Shown here piece by piece: positions 29,961 to 41,345 of a stretch of 64,000 nucleotides of DNA. Each line of letters opens with the position of its first letter. Within the stretch, counting starts at the first letter, position 1. Position numbers and translations under genes: made by a program. The notes under the pieces are model-generated. The model was not told the origin of the DNA. It made no database searches and saw only the letters and a list, made by a program, of their open reading frames with translations. Origin of the DNA: the human T2T-CHM13v2.0 reference genome, Homo sapiens; assembly GCF_009914755.1 (NCBI RefSeq), contig NC_060938.1. One strand, written 5' to 3'.

Positions 29961-31666
29961 AAATATTAATTTGGGTAGTTATAAGATGGTCACAACCACA
30001 GTCAATAGTTTTTTTTATTAAAAGCATTTTAATACTATTAGACATAGAAACCTTAAAACAGCAGAGTTGTCCTTCTGGGAAACAGAGGCCTCTCTTCCTT
30101 CTACTTGGTTTCTTGGCTAGGATCGTCTTCTGGAAACACTAAGTATTGATTAAGAAAAAACGTGATGTTCCTCCACCCACCTGAATTTTTGGAGAAACTA
30201 CACTTTGATTACCAAAACTAAACACATAGAAAAATAGAGAAGACAAGAGAACTGAAATAATTTAAAATCACTGTGAAAAATATTTTTACCCTATAAAATA
30301 ATCGAGATGACTATTGCCAGTTTTGAAGCAAGTAGCTTGATATCTTAATGAAGATATTCCCTAAAGCTTTATAAAATCTAATTCAGGACTAAGGAGACAT
30401 TTGAAAAACTATTCACTAAGGGAAATTAGAAATTCTGGATTCACGACATCAGGGAAATGAAGTGTTGTGGGGCTGATGCCGCCATTTACATTGTTATTCC
30501 ATGAAAATGGAATAAAGCTGTAGACTTCAATTTGGGATAAGCACACTGAGAAAAATGAAATCATCTCTTTGTAATTCAAAGCAGACAAAGCATTATCTGC
30601 TATTTAAATGTCTCATCTAGCTATGCAGGAAACTAATACATGTGCTAATTCAGGAATGTGTTGAAGCTTCACAGAGAATAATTTGAGATATGGTCAGTGA
30701 AACAATTATCAGTCATTGTAAAGTTTTGCATGTGTTTGAAAATTTAATCATGTGGTGGACATATCTGATATTAGCATATGTATCCATAATTATCATTCTC
30801 AAATTAATTTTAAACCATTGCTAAATAATAAGAGAATATATCTCTTAAAAGATAAAAGCTTTTCATATCTGAAAAAAGTCACTCTGATAGCAAAAAAATA
30901 AGACTTTTGGTGACAAAAATACACATTAAGATTCTCTATTTTAGGAAATCATCATTTAAGAATAGCTTATCAATTATTGAATAGGTGCCCTTTTTTATTC
31001 TTGCCATATGAGTGTTTTTCTGTGATACTTCCAATTTTGACAAAAATTCAACTATTTCAATAATACTCAGATACAGACCCCCTTGAAAAAGTTACTTAAA
31101 AACTATCCAGTAATTTGTTACTTATAGGTGTTTTGTGCTACTGAGAATAGTAATGTTACCTTTAATTTATTTGAAAAACAGACAACAAATGTCATATCTC
31201 ATAGAACTAGGATAATTTGTAGCATTGTGAAACTTTGTCTTTTGAGTTCATAGCTTATTGAGTGACTTTTCAGTTGGAAAGCTAACACTTTGATCAAGTG
31301 ATTCTTACTAATTCTAGACTATTTCTCTGAGGTCAAAGAAGGTAGAATATCATTCTCAGTGTGTATGTAAAACCAGTGTGGACTTTTGTATTTATTGCCT
31401 AAAATAAAGTATTTTACAGATAATGATAAGATACCCTAAGGATGTCTGAGATGTTAAGTACATCACAAAGATATATGGGAAGTGGTAAATATAGCTTGTG
31501 TTAAATGGGCTAATATAATTTTCACCTCGTAGTTACTTTCTAGTTTTATTTAGTTATAGTTACAATCAACATTTAAGTGTGGTGTGCATAAATTTTGATT
31601 TGGTTAATCTGAACCCCACTATTTCAAGATGGTGGTTTATAATGCTTTAATTAAAACCAACATTGA

Positions 31667-31969
31667 GGCTGGGAGCGGTGGCTTATGCCTGTAATCCCAA
31701 CACTTTGGGAGGTCAAGGTGGGTGGATCACTTGACGTCAGGAGTTTGAAATCAGCCTGACCAACATGGTGAAAACCTGTCTGTACTAAAAATACAAAAGT
31801 TAGCCAGGTGTGGTAGTGCATGCCTGTAATTCCAGCTACTCAGGAGGCTGAGGCAGGAGAATTGCTTGAACCCAGGAGGTGGAGGTTGCAGTGAGCCGAG
31901 ATCACGCCACTGCACTACATCCTGGGAGACAGAGCAAGACTCCATCTCAAAAACAAAACAAAGCAAAAC
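31667..31969 (+). mobile_element. AluSx-like
   Basis: Full dimer; perfect TSD aaaccaacattg at 31654-31665 and 31970-31981. Confidence 0.97.
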
Positions 31970-33403
31970 AAACCAACATTGCAATATACAACTTCACTTT
32001 ATGTAGGCAAATACAGTTAGTTACCATGCTTAGTTCTAGTGAAAGTATCACTCATGAGAAAGAGCTGCTGCACCCTCTTAAATATACCCAATTCTCTTAA
32101 TTTTTAACTAAACCAAGATTTTGTGTTCTGCCAGACATTAAAATGCATTTCTGCAATGCAAATATTTTTGGCTGCTGTATACTTTTTCCACAATTACCCA
32201 TCATTTCCTAAATAGGGATTGTGCACATTTTCACCTGGACCCACACATCAGTGAGTCTGAGGCATGGACCACAGCAGCATGTCTGAGCATAACCTAGAAA
32301 TTGGCATTCTTGAGCATCAGCAGTTTTCACTAACAAAACCCTCAACCCACATTTTAACCACCTGGCTTAGCACTGTCTAGGACCTATGCCATGTGACTAC
32401 TGTGGCCTTCATAATAATGTTTAATTTGTTTTCTAAAACTTTCTAGAGTCATCATAAATGGCCATTTGCATTCATGGTAACAACTCACAAGTATTAAAGG
32501 CTTATTGAAAAATGCTAGTCCTGCCAAACCTCTCTTGTACTGAGAGGCACATGGCTTTTTGTTCCTGCCAACAATACTGTGATGGATGATTCCACTCCCT
32601 CATGACCAGGTTACTGAAAAAGTGCCCCCTGGACTTTATGCTTCTGGGCTCAGCTCTCTCAAATCCATTCCCTATGAATCTGGCAGAACGTGGCTGTCAA
32701 ACAGTTTGCATCATTCAATTTCTTTCTAGAAAATCTACATTGTTTCCAACTGACCTAAAATCATGGGCTTTTTTCTGGGGCTCTTTTCCTTTTTTTGTCT
32801 CTCTCTCAAGCTGGTCGCTTTTAGTCAGAGAGGCCATCCTTATGACTAAATGCCTTCTCAAGCTTGACTCCTGCATTCTGTGCACCCAAAACTTCAATAG
32901 TAAAGTCCATAGGTTATAGTTGTCTACAAACTGGGACATCTCAGGGAAAACTCATCCATAAATACATCTCTGATATTCCCAGTGTTTTCATTTCTCAATT
33001 TGAGAAGTTGTCTTTCTAACAGGGATAAATGAAAGCTGATAAGAAATTCAAGATTTTTTAAATGGCTAAAGTTTATATAATAGTTCAGGTGTAGCAAGTG
33101 TATTCTAGTGTAGCAAGGGTTAGAAATAGGTTTCAAGTTATGTTATACAGAATCATCTTTATGTATAAACTGAGTTTCATAATGTTACATGTAGCTAGTC
33201 TTTAGTAGTACAGATAAGCAGAACAAATGGCATTTTCTTTTCAAGGTGTACAAAAAGGGGACCCCAACTGGAGTTCATAAACTAGGAGAATGGCAGGGAA
33301 AAGAACTTCCCCTGATGGAGTATGCCATACTCTCTGGGTGAACACAACATATTTCTTTATAATACCCAGGCTTTTAGGGAAACCATAGAAAGTACCCTCT
33401 AGC

Positions 33404-33615
33404 CGAGGGGTGTCCAATCTTTTGGCTTTCCTGGGCCACATTAAAATAAGAATTGTCTTGAGTCACACATAAAATACACTAATACTAAAGATAGCTGATG
33501 AGGTAAAAAAATCACAAAAACATTTTTTTAGGAAAGTTTATGAATTCATGTTGGGCCTCATTCAAAGCTGTCCTGGGCCACAGGCAGCCCAGTGGCCACG
33601 GGTTGGACAAGCTTG
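33404..33615 (+). mobile_element. MER30 (hAT-Charlie MITE)
   Basis: 'aggggtgtccaatcttttggctttcctgggccacatt...aaaatacactaatactaaagatagctgatgag...ggttggacaagcttg'; 'tctagcc' occurs in both flanks. Confidence 0.9.
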
Positions 33616-34039
33616 CAATCTAGCCAGTTCATTTCTTGAGGAAAGCATTAGCTCAGGATCCAAGTTCTTGATACATGCTCACTGCATCTGTACCTTGCAG
33701 AAAAAAGAATGATATCTAGGCACCCTTGAGTTCTCCTCTGTGTGTTCATCAAAGTTGTATGCACGTATACCTACCACAGTACTTCCCATTCTGCAATGTA
33801 GTTTTTGGTTGATTTGTCTCTCTCTAACACCATACAAAAAGCTACTTAAAGAGCAGGCACATTACTTCATTCTTTTTAGCCTAGAATTGTACTTTCTTTT
33901 TTTTTTGTGGTGGGGAGGGGGACAATTCCTCTAAACTCACCTCTGTGAGAAATAAGGTCAGATTTACTCCTCTCCATCCCAAAGCAGTTAAGTAAGCATA
34001 TAACTGTATGAAATAATGGCTAACTACATGGACAACTAG

Positions 34040-34215
34040 CATTCAGATTTTAAAGCAAAATATTCAACTGTCTTGTGCCTCAGATATCTCAACTAGAGAA
34101 TAAAGATGATAAGGCTCCCTACTACAGGTTTGAGAGGTTTAATTAAATGTGATAATGCACCTAACCATGGCCTAGTCAAGGGCATATGGTAAATCTCAGT
34201 AAATAACAGCTATTA
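34040..34215 (+). mobile_element. MIR
   Basis: 'tgcctcagatatctcaactagagaataaagatgataag...aattaaatgtgataatgcac...catatggtaaatctcagtaaataacagctatta'. Confidence 0.65.
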
Positions 34216-35249
34216 TTTGTATTCCATTTCATATCTTTGATATATTTCCAGTTGTTCCATGCTGCTTATATGTTGCAACTCTGGAAAGATTGCAAATTAC
34301 TAGAAGACAATGTATGTCCCTCCATTTCTTTAGTGGCTATAGTATTTCCTCATGTCTTGTACTCAAATCCACCCACAGTTTGTAAATGGAAAGGGTTGCC
34401 AAATTTCAAATGAAGTACAGAGTAGAGTGGAGGCAACAAATGATAGGAAGTTACTGTGTGAAACAAATCAGCCTTCAAATGTGATCAGGGAACTGGGGCC
34501 ATCTCCTAATTTAAGAATATGATCAGAATTTCATCTGCAGCTGATCATTTAAATTAAACAAACAAGCACAGCTGGAAAAACACATGCAAATTTTGGTATT
34601 TCAGTCCAGCAATATGCAAGCATATCCACTGTAGGAGTAATTTGCTGAATAAGCCTCATTAATGAGCTCTAGCACTAGTTTATTCTGAGTAGTCATGCTA
34701 CACTCTAATAAAGGCAACATTTTTCTGAGCACTACATAAGGTCAAGTCTTATGTGTGGTATCTTTCCTCATGAAGCACAGTACCAGTCTTTCTAGTCAAG
34801 AATTTCTCCCATTATAGGTAGCTTGTCAAATATACATGGAGCCATGTATTTCTCAAGACCTCATTCTGAAGTACCTTTAGACTTAATTGTTATAATCCAT
34901 TCTACATTAGGGTATGATTCAGAAACATCAGTGGATGGATTGGGTACAACCTATCCATTACTGAACTGTATTCTTATTAACCATCTGTGCATTGATTTAG
35001 CTTCCTATTACATTTGCAAACTTGAGGTCTAAAAATAGAATAATCTAAAGGTAAAGATTTTAGCTCATCTTCAATACAAGAGTAAGGTAAGATTTTGCAA
35101 TTTTGCAATGGGAGGCTACTCAACAGCATACCGAAAGTTACTGTCCTCTCCAGAAAGGAGTGGCACATATATCTAACCATCCCACCACCTTCAAAGAAAT
35201 ATGGATATAACTTGATAGGCAAACTCTGTGTTCTGACCTTGCAGCCTAG

Positions 35250-35369
35250 CACTGGTTTACATACGTGAGAAATGGGAGCTGTTTAGAGCCCTAGTCATTT
35301 TTCAAATAATTTCAAATATTCCTGATCAGGCTCTAAACAGCTCCCGTTTCTCATATGTGTAAACCAGTA
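35250..35369. repeat. Long inverted repeat (40-bp arms, 38-nt loop); probable MITE, family unassigned
   Basis: 35251-35290 matches the reverse complement of 35329-35368 at 36/40 positions; TAG sits symmetrically on both sides. Confidence 0.9.
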
Positions 35370-36631
35370 TAGCTACTTCCCTCTCTAGCTCCATTATGAC
35401 ATTTTCAAGAGACAGGAGCCAGAAATATGCTGCAGCTCTATCCCTGCAGCTGCAACTCCCAAGCTGGAAGGAGGAAATGTCAGCAATGCAAAAAGCAAAA
35501 GAAGAACCAGACCAATTGGTGCTGTTAGGACCTGATTCATTAGCATGGGCCAGGGTTTATTTTCCAGTGTAGAAAAAACTGGCACAAATGCTTGGCAATG
35601 TGCTCCAAGCTCTATCAGGGAAAGGAATTGATCATTTGGATAAGAAACAAAAAAAAGTCTCTCTCTGCTTCACTGTGTCTCTTATGTGTGGTGCTACTGT
35701 ACTGCCTTAGGAACAAGCATAGTGTGTCTATTTTTAGGGCAAATGTGCCTACTCTATCTTCGCCAACTAAATCTTTCTACATGACTAATTTGCAAGTTGA
35801 ATTATCTTGGTAAATAGGCTGACTCACTAGCAAATAATCTGCAGAATTTATGCATTAGGCTTCTGTAGTGAATTAGGTCCTTTTGTCTTGCTCAGCATGC
35901 TGTAATAAACTGCAGTAGTGCTCTGGTTAATAATAAAAAAAAAGAAAGGCAAGGAAGAGAAGTTATTCCAAACACATGAAGAGTCTTTCTTTAGAATAGT
36001 TAGTTATGATAGAGATATATATAGCAGGTTATATTGAGAGATATGGCAATGACTTAAGTCAAATAAGGAAATGAACCATGATATAAATAGATATATGCAT
36101 AGCTGATGTGTGTATATGTAAGATATGTTTTGTGCCTCTGTTTGTGTGTGTATGTGTGTGTATGTTTATCTCCTAAATGAGTTAATGGAATAATTTATAC
36201 TTACATAATCATTTATCACAAAATGTGCATAGCAATCAGTATCCAACAGCTAGTAGTCATTCAAGAAACATTTGTAAAATGAATGAATTGCAATGTTAGG
36301 TTAACATTCTCCATTGTCAGTGGTCCTCCCCTTCTGCTGTCCCTACTCCCTCTATGCTTGTGGTGATTCAGTTGCAGAAAGACACATCTATATTTCATAG
36401 CTGTAGAAAAATTCTTTTTTTGTGGTTGATTTCATGTGGTTTAAAAAGAATGCCAAATTATTTGTACCTACAGGGATAATGACCGACTAAATTTTTTTTT
36501 CATATATGTGCGTATGTGTGTGTCTATGTCTGTATGTATAGTCTAAATATTATTGTCCAATCATGGCAGGGATTATGGTTGTATGTACTCGAGTACCTAA
36601 GAGTGGGCCAGGACAGTTATTCACTAAGGGA

Positions 36632-36657
36632 GTGTGTGTGTGTGTGTGTGTGTGTGT
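36632..36657. repeat. (GT)13 microsatellite
   Basis: Read directly from the sequence. Confidence 0.95.
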
Positions 36658-36894
36658 ATGGGTGTGTATGCATATGAGGGCTAGAAGTATTTTATTAGTC
36701 AGTTTCCACAATTGTTGGTGCATGAAGATAATAAAAAGCAGACTTACTTTTAGCCTTTTTTTCTTTTTTTTGGTTTGTAAATTCTTTACAGAAAATGTAC
36801 CTTCTTATTGCCTGCACCTGGGGTGCACTGTTCCTACCACCTCTCTTGCTAGTGCCAAGATTCTCAGCAGAAACCTGCAGGAGTATAGGCAGCA

Positions 36895-37295
36895 CAGTGC
36901 AGACAATGTCACTGCTCCATCCATACCTCTAGGATTGTTTCCCCATCACATGTGTCGGCTCCAGTGTCTCACTCCCAACAGCATACCCCTGAGGATCCCT
37001 GGAGGAAAGCAGCCCTTCAGCTGCTGCAGCCTGCTTTGCCTGCACACAGGAAAAAGTACACATTTGGGGCAGACCTTAATGAGGACGTATAAATATCTGG
37101 CCCCTGATCTGACATCTCTGAAGTGTGATCTCCACTATTACCAGAGTTCCCCTGAGGGACTATGTCCATGGGACTTTGTTTATCTCACATCCTTACTTGC
37201 TGTCCTTCCCTGTGCCATTTCCTCACTCATGGGAATGCTTTCTAGTACATCACTGTCTCATGAAACCTTGTCTTAGCGTCTGCTTATTGGGACAG
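36895..37295 (+). mobile_element. ERVL solo LTR, LTR16-like
   Basis: Starts 'gcagacaatgtcactgctccatccatacc'; ends 'gaaaccttgtcttagcgtctgcttattggga', resembling the LTR16 terminus. Confidence 0.6.
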
Positions 37296-39049
37296 TGATG
37301 GCAACTTAAGTCATACGTAATTGTTAAACCTAGGATTGGCAAAACTGAGAATCACTGGGCAATTTTATATAAACGCTTTTCCAGAGAAGAGTGAAAAGAA
37401 ATTCTTCTAGTTGGTATCTCTGGTAGATACCATAAAGTAATAAAGAAAAGCTAAAATAAACCCCAGAGTCTAACTCAGCATGATTCTACACTTTCTGTAG
37501 GCTTCTGTAGGCTTCTAGAAATTCCCTGGAAAGGGAATTGTCAAAATATAAAAAACAGTGAGATCTTCCTCTCACTCTAGGGGTGCCCTTTGTCCCCATA
37601 GTTATGCTTTCATGGGGGAAATATGTGATTATTTCCTCTGGAATCCAAGGTATCATTACGTAAAAAAAATTTACTTCTCTTACCTCTGCCCTTTACCCTT
37701 TTCAGAGGTAGAATTAAATTCAAGGGTACAGCTAATAACTGAATATATGGTAAGTACTGATTTCATTTGGGGACTGCAAATACACAGTCAAACAAACATT
37801 CCATACCTTCAGCTGTATTACAATACAGTAAGAGTGACAGATCTGTGCAAAGCAACTATGAAGCAAGGAAGGAAATACATGCCACAAATAGAATGATAAA
37901 CACAAGTCTATGGGAGCCAAAAGGTGAGACCGATGAACTCTGAGCTGAGTGATCAGGCAAAGTAGCAGAGCCAAGAAAGCTCTTGATGAGATCCTTTAAT
38001 AGGCAAGATTTGATCAAGCAGAGTCAAGGACTTCCAAACTGAGAACAACATAACAAGGGCAGCTGGTCACGGAAACCAAGTGTGGAGAGCAGAAATAGAA
38101 TGGGCTCACAATGCAGGTAGCACTGAGCCGGACAGGGAGCAGGCAGACTGGTGAGGTTTCAGGAACACAATGAATACCCGCTGGCCGGATTTCATTGACT
38201 GAAATTCCACTGACCAACTGAGGTTGCTCAAAATGCACATTTGTGCAAAAGCGCAAATTTTTAAAAAGTCAAATAAGTGACGGAAGTAAAGCAATTTTTT
38301 AAACATTCTGAAGGACATAGTAGGAAAATTAAGAGATAATCTAACTCTAATTACCAAAATAAGTATATAAATAAATATGTTCTCAACAAACTTACATTAA
38401 GCATCAATAAGTACAAGGTTATATTATGGAGCCATATAGACTCCCTTTCCTCATGGAATTGACAGTTTTTTGAAAATCAGATTTGTCATGGGTACAAACA
38501 ACATACGACAACTAGCAGAGTATCACAATATATACTTGGTAGATAAACTATAGAAGTTAAATATGCTATTATGCCAATTGGTAGAATACTGTTAATAGAA
38601 ATATAAACCAGTACTTGAAGTTTTAGTGAAACTTATTAATTAGACCCAATATCATGAGGACAAAGCTGAGAATGATTAGAAACAGCTGCCACAATGTATC
38701 TTGGGATAGAATCAGTGTCAAATGCACACATTCTGTGCAACAGAACAAATATTTTCCTATTTGATTTCAGAAAATAGATAACCCAGTCAAGTATATTGAT
38801 TTAAGGTTCTATTTAGGAAAAGAAAAAAACCCTTCACTGCAGTCTAGTGAAAAAAGATAAACAGGCTTGTGGTGTAGAAAATGTGGGGGCTCAAACAAAC
38901 ACTACTTGTCATGTGATTTATCATAGGTTGGGATCAATTTTTAACAATATAATTGATAATAGAGGCAATGGAGAGGATACTTTGAGTTCTTGTTTTGTGA
39001 TAAGTGGTCGGTTAAGGTATGTATACATATTTATTTATTTCTTCACTGA

Positions 39050-39520
39050 ACTTACATTTATTGAGTGTCTGTTTAGTGTCAGGTAGTGTTCCAGATGGTA
39101 CAGACCTAATGGTGAATAAACAGCAAGAAAGGCTTCTCTGATCATCTGAAGAGAGACCTACATGAGAGAGTAAGGCAAACAGTTGTCTGTAGGCTCAGTG
39201 TTTCCAGCAGAGGGAGACAGGACAGGAGTTTCCAGCACAGGAGTCAGGGATGCACATGACCTGGTCAGGGACTTAGTCAGAGGAGGCTGGTGCACTGAGG
39301 TGATGTAAGCAGGAAATCTCACTGGAGATGAGGTCAGTAGTGAAGGCAGGAGCAGAGTATTAACAAATTTATCCTCACAATGATTCTACCTTATAGGTAT
39401 TATTATACCCCTCATTTCCTACATGGGCAAACAAAAGTTTAAAGGCATTAAATAGTGAGGCACAGCAAACGGAATGTAGGCACCATGAAGCCCAGCATAT
39501 ACTCTAATCCCCACATCCAT
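39050..39520 (-). mobile_element. L2 3' fragment followed by MIR
   Basis: 'acatttattgagtgtctgtttagtgtcagg' (L2); 'atcctcacaatgattctacc..ataggtattattatacccctcatttcctacatgggcaaac' (MIR). Confidence 0.65.
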
Positions 39521-39548
39521 CACCTTCCTGCGGATACCACATCTGTGT

Positions 39549-40241
39549 ATTCGAGCCCCCGCTTATCCAAAGTTTTGCTTTCTGCAATTTCATTTACTCT
39601 TGGTCAACTGTGGTCTGAAAATATTAAAAGGAAACTTCCAGAAATAACTCCTAACTTCTAAATCACATGCTGTTTTTAGTAGCATGATAAAATCTTGCAC
39701 TGGAATATGAATCATCCCTTTGTTCGGCGTACCCATGTTGTCTATGCTACCCACCCTTTAGTCACTTAACCATCTCAGTTATCAGATGGACTGTCACTGA
39801 ATTGCCGTTCTTGTGTTCAAGTACCCTGATTTTACTTAATCATGGCCGCAATGTGCAAAAATAGTGACGCTAGCAATTAAGATATGCCATAAAGTACTTT
39901 CTTTAAATGAAACAGTGCACGTTCTCAACTTAAGGAAAGCAAAAAATTGTATGCTGAACTTGCTAAGATCTACGGTGAGAACAAATCTTGAGATCATGAA
40001 ATTGTAAAGAGGCAAAAAGAAATTCATGCCAGTTTTGCTGTTCCACCTCAGACTGCCAAAGTTATGTCCAGAGTGCATGATAAATGCTCAATTAAGATAT
40101 AAAAGGCATTAAATTTGTGGGTAGAAGACACGAACAGACATGTGTTCCAATTGGTGGCAATTGTGTTCGGTACTATCCAAGGTTTCAGGTATTCACTGGG
40201 GATGATGGAATGTATCCCCCTTGGATATGGAGAACTACTAT
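39549..40241 (+). mobile_element. MER44C/D-like (Tigger7 deletion derivative)
   Basis: Both TIR regions ('cccccgcttatcca...' and '...ggatatggagaactact'), TA flanks, and a disrupted transposase N-terminus from ~39842 ('tatgctgaacttgctaagatctacggtgagaac', 'gcattaaatttgtgggtagaagac'). Confidence 0.88.
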
Positions 40242-40865
40242 ATGACACTAGGAGAGCTCTAGCTTCAAAACAGATGAGAAATGGTAATTGTGTTGACTGG
40301 CTCACAAAATTAAAAGAATTAGACTTTTCTATATATGTATTTGTTTCCGTATATTTACTATATAAATATTCATTGTTCTGCATTTCACCATTGCATAATT
40401 CAGTTCATAAATTATGCATTTATGTTGTATTTTGTTTTTATAATAAAAGAATATCAAATATGGTACTAATTGTCCAAGTTCATCCTCAAATTCCTGTAAT
40501 ATTTCAAATAATAATAAATCCAGAATAAAAATTGAGATATCAGTAAGCTGCCCCTTGCAAAGAAAGACACCTTTCACCTGTATATGACTAGGGATGTCCC
40601 TAAAGAGGGAGGTCTCAGGTGAATGTTGGAATTTCGGCATCCATAAGAGAGAGGGTCCAAGGCCTTCTGCCTGGAAACTCCCAAGGATGTTCTTCAATCC
40701 TAGGCTTGTCCCTGAAAGTTGTACTTTTCCTTCCTACATAGGTTCTGGGGACACCCTTTTTGCCAAAACACAGTTACTAGATTATAACTTTATTGAAGGT
40801 ATACATCTATCTTTTCCACAGCATAGGCTCTTGCACATAAGAAACACTAAAGAAGTACACGTTTA

Positions 40866-41345
40866 TTTTACTTTTATTTTTGTTTATTGTCTATTGAGCA
40901 TTTTATTTGTAAGCATTACATCCCTAGAAAAATAATCCCCAGGATTTTCCCTACTGTGCACTTTCATCTTGCTCCTTTGTGGTCCATGATGCCAGCTGAG
41001 GTTGTCAATACAACTAAACTGACTGGAGAAGAGCAGACTGTTTTGCCATTTTTCTAGGTCTTTGAGTTGTACATCGAAGTTGAGGCTAATCATGCCACAC
41101 ATGTTTAACCTGCCTGAGGGATTCGCAGCTCTTTTCCCAGCTGTGTAATCATCAATGATTTCAAATTTGCCAGTGTAACCACGCTTCATCATCACAGTGA
41201 GAAACCAGATGATGGCTCTGGAGCACGGCCCCATAAGAACCTGATGTTTGCCTCTCTTTTTAGCATTGTTATTGCTCTTGAGAGCATCAGCCAGGACAAT
41301 CATGAGCACCATTATGGTGGCATGGAAAGATGGTGGAAAAAGGAC
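40866..41345 (-). pseudogene. RPS15A: Processed pseudogene of 40S ribosomal protein S15a (uS8); pseudogene number not determined
   Basis: ORF 41312->40884 '[31 protein letters not shown]...FEIIDD...[21 protein letters not shown]' aligns to RPS15A. Intronless; small deletion and frameshift near 41012; parental stop at 40926-40924; AATAAA at 40907-40902; decayed poly-A; TSD agaagtaca(c/t)gttta at 40851-40865 and 41346-41360. Confidence 0.97.

Noticed and set aside
39836-40528. ORFs overlapping MER44/Tigger7
   Set aside because: The transposase remnant is broken by stops and frameshifts; not a domesticated gene.
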